From: Polyangiaceae bacterium
Lineage (GTDB): Bacteria > Myxococcota_A > Polyangia > Polyangiales > Polyangiaceae
Assembly: GCA_033763455.1 (NCBI GenBank)
Contig: JANRKO010000074.1
Location: forward strand, 32,001 to 96,000
Direction: 5' to 3'
DNA: 64,000 nt
Shown here: positions 20,095-28,625 of the stretch, one piece after another
Position numbering within the stretch: position 1 is the stretch's first letter
Layout: each line of letters opens with the position of its first letter
Made by a program: the position numbers and the translations under genes
The notes under the pieces: generated by a model
The model's database searches: none
What the model saw: only the letters and a program-made list of their open reading frames with translations
Told to the model about the DNA's origin: nothing

Positions 20095-20826
20095 TTAAGC
20101 CCACTTGCGTCGTTCAAGGACGCGGAAGGAAACAATCAAACTAAGGGCCGCGATCGTTAAGAAGTAGACCGCATCCCGCGTATCAATCAGGCCGCGCTGA
20201 AAACCTTCGAGCCTGGATTGGAAGCTGATGAAACTCACGACGCTGGATAGCGTTCCTTCGGCATGTTGGGCGAAGGCGCCTGAAAACCAAAGCATCGCGA
20301 GCAGGGCCAGCGTCAGAAAGAAGGCCACCGCCTGGCTATCCGTGAGTGAGCTGATCAAGAGGCCAATCCCTACGCTCGCGGTGGCAAACAAGACCAAACC
20401 CACATAACCTGTAAACACCTGCCCCCAATCGAGCGGCCCCAGGTTCCAAGGGAACTTGAACATCATGATCGGGTAGAGCAACGTGAAGAGGAAGAGCACG
20501 AGCATCAAGCCGAGCGCGCCCAGGTATTTCCCCAGGATCACGTCGCTATCTTTCACTGGGAGCGTGATGAGCATCTCCAGCGTGCCGCTCCTTCGCTCTT
20601 CGGCCATCAGGCGCATCGTGATGACAGGCACGATGAGCAGGGATACGGCGGGTAGAAAGAAGAACAGGGGCGAAAGGGTTGCACGGTCCGTCTGCCAGTA
20701 GCCGCCTTGCCCAAAGAACACCAAAAGGCCGAGGCCCAGAAAGCTCACACACACCACCACGTAGGCGAGCGGCGAATCAAAGTAGGATCGAAATTCGCGC
20801 TTGGCGATAGTCCACATTATCGACAT
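20095..20826 (-). CDS. ABC-2 permease (GldF-like)
   Basis: IAKREFRSYFDSPLAYV, TMRLMAEERRSGTLEMLITLP, GLIDTRD. Confidence 0.9.
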   Translation of the reverse strand: MSIMWTIAKREFRSYFDSPLAYVVVCVSFLGLGLLVFFGQGGYWQTDRATLSPLFFFLPAVSLLIVPVITMRLMAEERRSGTLEMLITLPVKDSDVILGKYLGALGLMLVLFLFTLLYPIMMFKFPWNLGPLDWGQVFTGYVGLVLFATASVGIGLLISSLTDSQAVAFFLTLALLAMLWFSGAFAQHAEGTLSSVVSFISFQSRLEGFQRGLIDTRDAVYFLTIAALSLIVSFRVLERRKWA

Positions 20827-20829
20827 CGG

Positions 20830-21903
20830 TTAAGCCTTCTTTCCCGAAGCTTCGTCGTCACTGTCTTCATCTTCGTCGTCTTCATCATCGTCTTCCCCGC
20901 TGTCCCAATCCGCGCTGCGGTCGAGCTTCTCGTCGGCCCGCGTGAGATCACGGAACACTGCATCCAGGCTCTGCGCATCCCGGTGGAGCTCTAGGAGCGT
21001 CCAGCCTTTGGCAACCATCAAGCGAAATACCTCTGCTCGCAGATCGACATCTTGCGGGCCCGTAAGCTCCACGCGATGGGCGGATTCTTCGCCTGGAAGC
21101 TCATGCGCTTTCTGCACGCCCGAAATCGACTGAAGCGCCTCCCGCAGCTCAGCTCCGCTCGGAGCCTTTTTGCCGGATTCGCCCTGCTTTTCGTCGACGG
21201 CAACCACGTAACGGCGGCGACCCGTGCGGGAGCGAATGTCCGAGATGGAACCATCTGCCACCACACGCCCCTTGCTCACGATGATGGCGCGCGCACAGGC
21301 TTGTTCGGCTTCGGCGAGGTTGTGGGTGGAAAGCAGCACAGTGCGATCTTTGCCGATTTCCTCGATATATTTCAGCACTTCAGCTTTCTCGTTCGGATCG
21401 AGATCGCTCGTGGGCTCATCCAAGATTAAAATTGGTGGATCGTGGATGAGGGCTTGCCCGAGGCCCACGCGCTGGCGGTAACCATGGGAGAGAGTGCCGA
21501 TATTCTTGCCCAAGGACTGGGCCAAACCACACACATCAATCACCTTCTTTAGGCGGCTCTTAAAGGTGCTCGGGCTGAGGCCGCGGATTTCAGCAGCAAA
21601 CGTGAGGTACTCATACACCGTCATGTCGGTGTAGAGCGGCGCGCGCTGCGGGAGGTAACCGATGGATTCGCGCACCTTCAGCGGATTGTCGAAAACATCG
21701 AACCCGCTCACCGAGGCCGAGCCGCGCGTGGGTGCGAGAAAGCACGTCAAGATCCGCATCGCGGTGGACTTGCCCGCGCCGTTGGGACCCAAAAATCCCA
21801 CCACCTCTCCCCGTTGGACCTCAAAGCTTACGCGGTCCAAAGCTTTGACGCTCCCGAACTGCTTGCTCAGACCGTCAGCTCTAATCATCACGTCGGTCGT
21901 CAT
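20830..21903 (-). CDS. ABC transporter ATP-binding protein (GldA-like)
   Basis: GPNGAGKST, LSHGYRQR, LILDEPT, STH; acidic tail. Confidence 0.93.
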   Translation of the reverse strand: MTTDVMIRADGLSKQFGSVKALDRVSFEVQRGEVVGFLGPNGAGKSTAMRILTCFLAPTRGSASVSGFDVFDNPLKVRESIGYLPQRAPLYTDMTVYEYLTFAAEIRGLSPSTFKSRLKKVIDVCGLAQSLGKNIGTLSHGYRQRVGLGQALIHDPPILILDEPTSDLDPNEKAEVLKYIEEIGKDRTVLLSTHNLAEAEQACARAIIVSKGRVVADGSISDIRSRTGRRRYVVAVDEKQGESGKKAPSGAELREALQSISGVQKAHELPGEESAHRVELTGPQDVDLRAEVFRLMVAKGWTLLELHRDAQSLDAVFRDLTRADEKLDRSADWDSGEDDDEDDEDEDSDDEASGKKA

Positions 21904-22179
21904 TAGTTTTCTCCTAGATTTCCTTGGCGCTCGGTGGAACTGCTCTCGGCCCAGCTGGGGCTTCGCGTTCGTGTAGTCAACGTTCGGTTTGGGGTAAAAG
22001 CGGTCGGTGCCACGGCTCCCGCGCTCGTTGGCCCCGCAATTGGCCCTGGCTCCGGGCGGCATCCTAGTGACCCGCCGATCTGTGTCAACACAGGGTAAAT
22101 GCGGGGGACACCGTTCGGCATGGCGGGTCTGAAACCGCTGAGGCCGCCTGCTATTCCCCAAAAACGATGGGGCGAGGCC

Positions 22180-22845
22180 CTAACCCGTTTGGTACCCGGC
22201 GACTAGGGTTTGAGCCAAAAGTCCCCAACCGTCGACGGCGACAAACAGAAGCAGCTTAAAGGGAAGGCTGATCTGCGCGGGATTCATCGTGTGCATGCCG
22301 AGCCCTAAGAGCACGTTCGCAATCACGAGGTCGATGACCAGAAAAGGCAGATAGATGGCGAAGCCGAGTGCGAAGGCTTCGATAAGTTCGGTCGTCACGA
22401 ACGCTGGGATCACGACGGCAAGGTCCCCCCGGTCCACCTTGTCGCGGTCCGCTGGGGGGCGCTGGGAACGGGCGATCTCAAAGAAACGATTGCGTTCACG
22501 TTCCGAAGCGTTGGCCTTGAGAAAGGCACTGAGCGGCTCGCGCGTGGCGGTTACCAACCCTACCACCGCGTCGCTTGGCGAAAGCTTAGCAGCCTTAGCC
22601 TCGAACAATGGGGCCGCGCGTTCTGCGATTTTGGAGCCCACTGGCGCCATCGCGATCAACGTAAGAGCGGTGGCAAGGGCCGTAATGAGCGTGTTTGAAG
22701 GAACATTTTGCGCACCGATTGCGCCACGCACGATCTGAAGCACAGTCGAGATTTTCACGAATGCCGTGAGCGTCATGAAGGCGAAGGGTAGGAGCGCGCT
22801 AGCAGCGACCAGCACAACTAGCGCGAGTGGGTTCGCGTCCATCAT
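22180..22845 (-). CDS. Type III export apparatus FliP/SctR family protein
   Basis: TAFVKISTVL..VR.AIG.Q.VP.N, PAF..TEL..AF..GF.IYLPFLVIDLV, SLPFKLLLFV.VDGW. Confidence 0.92.
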   Translation of the reverse strand: MMDANPLALVVLVAASALLPFAFMTLTAFVKISTVLQIVRGAIGAQNVPSNTLITALATALTLIAMAPVGSKIAERAAPLFEAKAAKLSPSDAVVGLVTATREPLSAFLKANASERERNRFFEIARSQRPPADRDKVDRGDLAVVIPAFVTTELIEAFALGFAIYLPFLVIDLVIANVLLGLGMHTMNPAQISLPFKLLLFVAVDGWGLLAQTLVAGYQTG

Positions 22846-23162
22846 TGTGGTTTCTCGTCGTTAGCAAGTGTTGGCAAAGCCTCCCCCACCTCAGCTGAAG
22901 ATGAGGCCACGGTATGATTGCCCTCACCGAGCTTCACCAAGCCGGCTTCGCTCGCACCGATCACGTAGGTGGTGCTTCCTGCCCGCACCAAGTACACGGC
23001 TCTTCGCCCATCGAGCGGCAGCTTGCCAAGGAGCTCCAGGGGCCCGTTGGGTCGCCCGAGGCCAGCGCGTCGAGCGCCGTACAGGATGAGCACCGCGAGC
23101 GCACTCACACCCACAAGGATGATCGAAGTTTGTACCACGTAGCTGACTACAGCGGGGCTCAC
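22842..23162 (-). CDS. FliO-like protein
   Basis: N-terminal TM then LELLGKLPLDGRRAVYLVRAG....VIGASE; coupled to fliP-like gene. Confidence 0.75.
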   Translation of the reverse strand: MSPAVVSYVVQTSIILVGVSALAVLILYGARRAGLGRPNGPLELLGKLPLDGRRAVYLVRAGSTTYVIGASEAGLVKLGEGNHTVASSSAEVGEALPTLANDEKPQ

Positions 23163-23272
23163 GGCTGCGGGGAGCCTACACCGGGGCACCGATGGCATGT
23201 CAGGGTCTTGCACCTGCCGCACGCAGAAGCTACAGGCGGTGGGTCCAAGCGGCTTTTTTTCTGCCAGCTCGG

Positions 23273-24499
23273 ATGGCGCCCCCAGTGTCCGTGCACCCCG
23301 AGAATCTTCCCCGCAGGTTCGGCAGATACGTCCTCTTCGACAAGATTGGGGAGGGCGGGATGGCTCGCATCTATTTGGGTCGGCCCGAAAGTGGCAGCGA
23401 TAAGCTCTTGGTAGTCAAGCAGATGCTGCCGTTGTTCTCGAACAGCGAGCGTTTTTCTAAGCTGCTTATCGACGAGGCGAAGCTCGCGGCTGAGCTCACC
23501 AACAGCAACATCGTTCAAGTCTTCGATTTGGGGCGCGAGGGCGACGTCTTGTACATAGCCATGGAGTACGTGGAAGGCTTTGACCTTCGCCAGCTGCTCC
23601 AGCAGTGCAGCAAGCGTCAGATCGCACTGCCCATTGAGTTTTCTTTGTTTGTTGTGGGGGAAACCTTGAAGGCGTTGGAGCATGCCCACAAGAAGAAAAA
23701 CGAGCAGGGTGAGTCGCTCGGCATTGTGCATCGGGATGTTTCGCCCTCGAATGTTCTCTTGTCGTTTCACGGCGAGGTGAAGCTGTGTGATTTCGGGATT
23801 GCGCGTGCCATGGCGGCGCGTGAAGAGGTGCCCGACGAAGCGATTGAGGGCAAAGCTGGCTATATGAGTCCGGAAGCCGCGCGCGGTGAACCCATCGACG
23901 CACGCGCTGACGTATTCTCGGTAGGCATTGTGCTGTGGGAGCTTGTGGCTGGGAGGAAGCTCTACCGGGGCGGCGGAGTGGGGCGAATGCCCAGCCTCGA
24001 ACAAGCGAGCCAAGCTGAAATTCCTGCGCTTCCCGAGCGAGGCCTGCCGCACGAAACCGAGCTGCATCGCATCATCGGGCGCGCTCTCAGTGTGGATCGG
24101 GATATGCGTTACGCTTCCTGCCGGGACATGCGCCGCGATCTGGAAGCGTACGTGCTCGAAGCGGGCCTTACCGTGAGCCAGCTCAAATTCGGCGAATGGA
24201 TCACCCAGAATTTCGGCACGGAGATCATCGAGCTGCGGCGCGAACGCGAGCGCGCCGCACGGGCATGGTTGAGCGAACGGCCACCGGCGCCCGTAGCGGT
24301 GAAGCCGTCGGAGCCGAAAGTTGCGACGGCAGTTCCGAGCGAGCGCCGAATTGAGGCCAAGCCTGGTCAGGCAGTGCGCAGCGAAGCGCCACTTCCTGGG
24401 ACCCCGGCGGGCACAACCGCAGGCGGGGGGAGCCCCGTGGTTGCCGTGTTAGGCGTCCTTCTGCTGGCGCTCATCGCGGCTTTCTGGCTACTTCGCTAG
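23273..24499 (+). CDS. Ser/Thr protein kinase with C-terminal TM
   Basis: GEGGMA, HRDVSPSN, DFG, YMSPE, DVFSVG. Confidence 0.94.
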   Translation: MAPPVSVHPENLPRRFGRYVLFDKIGEGGMARIYLGRPESGSDKLLVVKQMLPLFSNSERFSKLLIDEAKLAAELTNSNIVQVFDLGREGDVLYIAMEYVEGFDLRQLLQQCSKRQIALPIEFSLFVVGETLKALEHAHKKKNEQGESLGIVHRDVSPSNVLLSFHGEVKLCDFGIARAMAAREEVPDEAIEGKAGYMSPEAARGEPIDARADVFSVGIVLWELVAGRKLYRGGGVGRMPSLEQASQAEIPALPERGLPHETELHRIIGRALSVDRDMRYASCRDMRRDLEAYVLEAGLTVSQLKFGEWITQNFGTEIIELRRERERAARAWLSERPPAPVAVKPSEPKVATAVPSERRIEAKPGQAVRSEAPLPGTPAGTTAGGGSPVVAVLGVLLLALIAAFWLLR

Positions 24500-24500
24500 C

Positions 24501-26741
24501 GTGTTCGCTCGCGTTGCCGTTCCTGTTCCGTTGGGCCGTGCGTTTACGTACGAGGTGCCAGCAGCGCTTTTGAGCCAAGTGGTGCGTGGCGCTCGCGTGC
24601 TCTGCCCATTTGGTAAGCGCCGCATTGCGGGCGTCGTGTTGGAGTTGGTGGAGCAAGGGCCAGATATTCCAGTCGATAAGATCAAGAGCATCTTGGCGGT
24701 GGTGGATGCTGAGCCCGTGCTCGGAGATGAGCTGCTCAGCTTCTTGCTGGAGCTCAGCCGGTATTATCTGGCGCCGATTGGTGAGGTGATGCGTCTGGCT
24801 TTGCCTGCTGTGGAGCGCTCACGAGCTAACGCCCTTGAGGAGGCCGGGCTTTTGCAGAACGTCAAGCTGGGCGCGGTGGGGCGCATGGCGCAGTTTGCAC
24901 GGCTGGAAGCCGGCGCGGATATGAGCGCACTCGCTGGCCAAGCGCTTGAGATTGTGCAGGCGCTTGCGGCAGGAGAGCAAGCCGTAGCGTCGCTCGGGAA
25001 GAAGTTCAAAAGTGCCCGTAGCGTGCTCGCTAGGCTTCAGAAGATGGGTGTGGTGCAGCTTGAGCAGCGCGCAGCGCTGCAGGATCCATTTGCCGCCGTG
25101 CCCACCGAGCGGGAGCCACCCAAGGTGCTTACGGGTGAACAAGCATTGGCTGTTGCTGCCATTCAGGAGCAGCTCACACTGAAAGTGCCTGGGCAATTCT
25201 TGCTCGATGGAGTCACGGGTTCTGGAAAAACAGAAGTTTACCTGTGTGCCGTCGAACATTGCGTTGCACAGGGAGGAGGCGCATTGATCCTCGTGCCCGA
25301 GATCGCGCTGACTCCGCAGCTTGTGGGTCGTTTTCGGGCACGCCTCGGGGAGGGCGTTGCCGTGGTGCACAGTGGGCTTACCGAAGGGCAGCGCTACTCC
25401 ATGTGGAAAGCGTTGCATTCGGGCGAACTCAAGGTGGCGGTAGGTGCCCGGTCTGCGCTCTTTGCTCCCGTAAGAAATCTACAGTTACTCTGCGTTGACG
25501 AAGAACACGACGGCTCCTTCAAGCAAGAAGAGGGGGTCCGTTATCATGCACGCGACATGGCGCTTTTACGCGCTCACCGTGCCGGGGCCGTGTGTGTGCT
25601 CGGCACAGCGACGCCCTCGCTGGCTACCGAGGCTTTAGTGCGCAACGGGCGAATCACTCGACTCCGCCTTCCGACCCGTGCGCGGGAAGCCGCACGCTTG
25701 CCGAGCGTAGAGATTGTCGACCTGCGGCGTATGGGCCCGGGGCCCACGGGCGATCGCTGGCTCTCGCTCCCCATGTATCGAGCCATTGAGCGCACCTTGG
25801 CGGACAAGGGGCAAACGATCCTATTTCTTAACCGGCGCGGTTACGCACCCAGTCTTATTTGCGACGCGTGTGGGCATATTGTGGAGTGCCCCAATTGTTC
25901 AGTGTCGCTCACTGTGCATCGGGTGCGGCGCGAAGAGGTGTGTTGCCATTATTGCGACTACACGAGCGCGTTGCCAAAGGCGTGCCCCAAGTGCCACTCG
26001 AAGCATTTTTGTGAAGAAGGCGCGGGCACCGAGCGGGTGGTGGCCGTCCTCGAACAAGCCTTTCCCGCGGCCAGAATTGCGCGGCTAGACCGCGATATTG
26101 CCGCCGGCGCCAAAAGCGAAGGGGTGCTGAAGCGGGTGCGCCAAGGTGAGGTGGATATTTTGGTGGGCACGCAAATGGTCACCAAAGGCCATGATTTACC
26201 GAACGTTACCTTTGTGGGCGTTTTGAACGCAGATGCGGCCCTGGCTGTGCCCGATTTTAACGCCAGCGAGCGCAGCTTTCATCTGTTGGTCCAAGTAGCA
26301 GGCCGTGCGGGGCGTGGTGACACACCTGGCACCGTGATGATCCAAACTCGGCAGCCCGATCACCCCGCCGTGCGCCTGGCGGCGCACCACGACGTAGCCG
26401 CGTTTGCGGAAGTCGCGTTGCGGGAGCGTGAAGAGCTTGGCTATCCTCCTTATTCAAGGATTGCGTTGGTGCGTTTCGATGGTCTGAACGAACAGGCGGT
26501 GCGAAAAGAGGCGCTGCGCCTCACCGAGCTCGCACGTCGCGTGGCGTCGCCGAAGGTGGAAGTTCTGGGGCCGGCCCCGGCGCCCATTGCGCGGGTGCGC
26601 AATCGCTACCGATACCGGTTCATGTTGCGCAGCCGCGATCGCAAAGAGTTGCGCCAAACATTGCTAGCTGTTGCTCGCGCCATGAGCGATCGCATGGTGC
26701 GCGTGAGTATTGATGTCGATCCGGTGAGCCTGTTAACGTAG
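24501..26741 (+). CDS. priA: Primosomal protein N'
   Basis: GVTGSGKTEVY, VPEIALTPQ, DEEHD, CxxC Zn motifs, GTQMVTKG, QVAGRAGR. Confidence 0.96.
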   Translation: MFARVAVPVPLGRAFTYEVPAALLSQVVRGARVLCPFGKRRIAGVVLELVEQGPDIPVDKIKSILAVVDAEPVLGDELLSFLLELSRYYLAPIGEVMRLALPAVERSRANALEEAGLLQNVKLGAVGRMAQFARLEAGADMSALAGQALEIVQALAAGEQAVASLGKKFKSARSVLARLQKMGVVQLEQRAALQDPFAAVPTEREPPKVLTGEQALAVAAIQEQLTLKVPGQFLLDGVTGSGKTEVYLCAVEHCVAQGGGALILVPEIALTPQLVGRFRARLGEGVAVVHSGLTEGQRYSMWKALHSGELKVAVGARSALFAPVRNLQLLCVDEEHDGSFKQEEGVRYHARDMALLRAHRAGAVCVLGTATPSLATEALVRNGRITRLRLPTRAREAARLPSVEIVDLRRMGPGPTGDRWLSLPMYRAIERTLADKGQTILFLNRRGYAPSLICDACGHIVECPNCSVSLTVHRVRREEVCCHYCDYTSALPKACPKCHSKHFCEEGAGTERVVAVLEQAFPAARIARLDRDIAAGAKSEGVLKRVRQGEVDILVGTQMVTKGHDLPNVTFVGVLNADAALAVPDFNASERSFHLLVQVAGRAGRGDTPGTVMIQTRQPDHPAVRLAAHHDVAAFAEVALREREELGYPPYSRIALVRFDGLNEQAVRKEALRLTELARRVASPKVEVLGPAPAPIARVRNRYRYRFMLRSRDRKELRQTLLAVARAMSDRMVRVSIDVDPVSLLT

Positions 26742-26878
26742 GGTAAATCTCAGGGTTCGGTCGGGGTGGAGAGTGGGAGGGACTCTTTGAGTTTGGTGGG
26801 GAGAGTGAGAGGGCGTGGGGGACCGCGACGCTCAGATGTCTTTCGAGCCACCTGCAGCCCTCGCAGCCCACTCGGTAG

Positions 26879-26898
26879 ATACTTAGCATGCTAAGTAT
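26879..26898. promoter_or_regulatory. Perfect 20-bp palindrome ATACTTAGCATGCTAAGTAT
   Basis: Self-complementary; upstream of SbcD-like gene. Confidence 0.55.
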
Positions 26899-26986
26899 TG
26901 CTCACACTGCTGGGACACCTCTCCCCGGAGCGCGCAACACCTTCTCCAACCTTGACTGCGCCGCCTTCCCGGACCATTTCTGTTCT

Positions 26987-28051
26987 ATGTTTAGCGGGGG
27001 CGATCCAGGGTTCTGCATCATTCATGCGGCTGACCTGCATTTGGGCGCCCGGCGTTTTACTCAAGGCATGCCGAAGAACTTGGGCCTCCGGGAGAAGCTC
27101 TTCCATGCCGATCGCCTGGCCTTCTCTGCGCTGCTGGATCTCTGCATTTCAGAGCGTGCCAGGTTTCTCTTGTGCTCGGGGGATGTGATAGACGGTTGGT
27201 GTCGCGATGCGAGCGCTGGGCTATTTCTCGCAACAGAGCTCTTGCGGCTGCGGGAGGTTGGGTGTGAAACGCTCATCTTGCTCGGTAATCACGACATTCG
27301 TTCGCGCGCGATGCGGTCGCTCTTGTTGCCCTGTCAAGCTTCCTTAATTGGCGTGCAGGGGCCGGAAACGCGCAACAATGAACAGCTGGGGTTTTCCGTG
27401 CACGGTTGGAGTTTGCCCAGTGTTGCGCCCGGTGACGATGTGGTGTCGCACTATCCTGAGCCGATTTCAGGGCATCTAAACGTTGGGTTGCTGCACACCA
27501 GCGCCGAGGGCTGTAGAGGCCACATCGATTACGCCCCCTGTTCGCGTCTGAGCCTGCGCCGCAAGGGATATGATTATTGGGCACTCGGCCATGTGCACAC
27601 TCGTGAGGTGGTGGCCACCAATCCGTGGATTGTGTTTCCCGGAAACCTGCAAGGGCGTGGGTTTCGTGAGCCGGGAGGCAAAGGTGCCACTCGCGTTGAA
27701 GTGCAGAACGGAAACGTTGTGTCAGCGGAGCACCGCGCCATCAGTGCCGTGCAGTTCGAAAACTTGATCGTGGATGACCCGTCCATCTCAAGCTTTGAGC
27801 ACATCGTGGAGGCGGTGCGATTAGCGGGAATGCGGGCCGCTCTGCGAGCGGGGCGTTGCCCGTTGGTGGTGCGCGTAGTGGTTTCCGGGGTGGAAAGCTC
27901 AGCAGCACTGCTCAGGGTGCCGTCGAAGCGCCGGCGCGTGGCGCTAGAATGGGCGCTCGGCGATCTCCCTCAGGAGTCGGTGTTTCTCGACGAACTCTGG
28001 ATGGAGCCGGGCAGCTTCTCTGGCCCGATTCGCCTGGATGTTGCCGCGTAG
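26987..28051 (+). CDS. SbcD/Mre11-family (YhaO-like) DNA repair exonuclease
   Basis: HAADLHLG, GDVIDG, GNHD, GLLHT, ALGHVH, FPGNLQGR. Confidence 0.88.
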   Translation: MFSGGDPGFCIIHAADLHLGARRFTQGMPKNLGLREKLFHADRLAFSALLDLCISERARFLLCSGDVIDGWCRDASAGLFLATELLRLREVGCETLILLGNHDIRSRAMRSLLLPCQASLIGVQGPETRNNEQLGFSVHGWSLPSVAPGDDVVSHYPEPISGHLNVGLLHTSAEGCRGHIDYAPCSRLSLRRKGYDYWALGHVHTREVVATNPWIVFPGNLQGRGFREPGGKGATRVEVQNGNVVSAEHRAISAVQFENLIVDDPSISSFEHIVEAVRLAGMRAALRAGRCPLVVRVVVSGVESSAALLRVPSKRRRVALEWALGDLPQESVFLDELWMEPGSFSGPIRLDVAA

Positions 28052-28625
28052 TGACGCCAGCGGGCATGCTCTTCTGGTGCGTGGTTCGGGCGTGAGGTGC
28101 TTGCTGGTCGGTTTGGTGTGTGGGGCGGCATGTCTGGTGGCGCCAGCGGCGGGCGCGTTCGAGAATCAATGGCAGCTCGGTTTCTCGCTTGGCCCAGCAA
28201 CGGCTCTCCACAGGTCCCTTGGTTGGGGGCCGAGTGTGGCGTTAGACGGTGTTTATGGCCTAAGTGATACCTTCGATGCTGAGGTTTTCTTGCAGGGCTT
28301 TCAGCTGCCCAATGACGGCAATCGTAGTTGGCGTGCGGGGCTTGTCGCCGCGGGTGTTGCCTACAAGTTGGACATCATTCAGTGGGTACCAAAGCTCGGC
28401 TTGCATGCTGGATACTTTGGCGCGACTACTGAAATCTCGGGAGCGCAAGATGTGCGGCTGCCACAGGCTGGAGTCCTTGTGGGGGTGGTGCCCGGGCTCG
28501 ACTATGCTTATTCGCGATCGCTTGGACTTGGGATTTCTGGGCGCTTTGAGAGCATTCTCAGCCGGCGTGTGCCGCCTTCGCTCGTCAGTGTGATCTTGAG
28601 TGCAGAGTACCGGTGGGGCTGGTGA
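28038..28625 (+). CDS. Small outer-membrane beta-barrel-like protein
   Basis: Signal peptide (AGA-FE), amphipathic strands, ends EYRWGW; start uncertain. Confidence 0.65.
   Translation: MLPRSDASGHALLVRGSGVRCLLVGLVCGAACLVAPAAGAFENQWQLGFSLGPATALHRSLGWGPSVALDGVYGLSDTFDAEVFLQGFQLPNDGNRSWRAGLVAAGVAYKLDIIQWVPKLGLHAGYFGATTEISGAQDVRLPQAGVLVGVVPGLDYAYSRSLGLGISGRFESILSRRVPPSLVSVILSAEYRWGW

Noticed and set aside
21904..22161. N-terminal extension of the ABC ATPase
   Set aside because: Low-complexity read-through; RBS-like signal and domain start support 21903
23159..24067. 302-aa minus-strand ORF
   Set aside because: Antisense shadow of the kinase gene
26760..26825. G-rich purine tract after priA as ncRNA or repeat
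   Set aside because: No regular unit or recognisable structure
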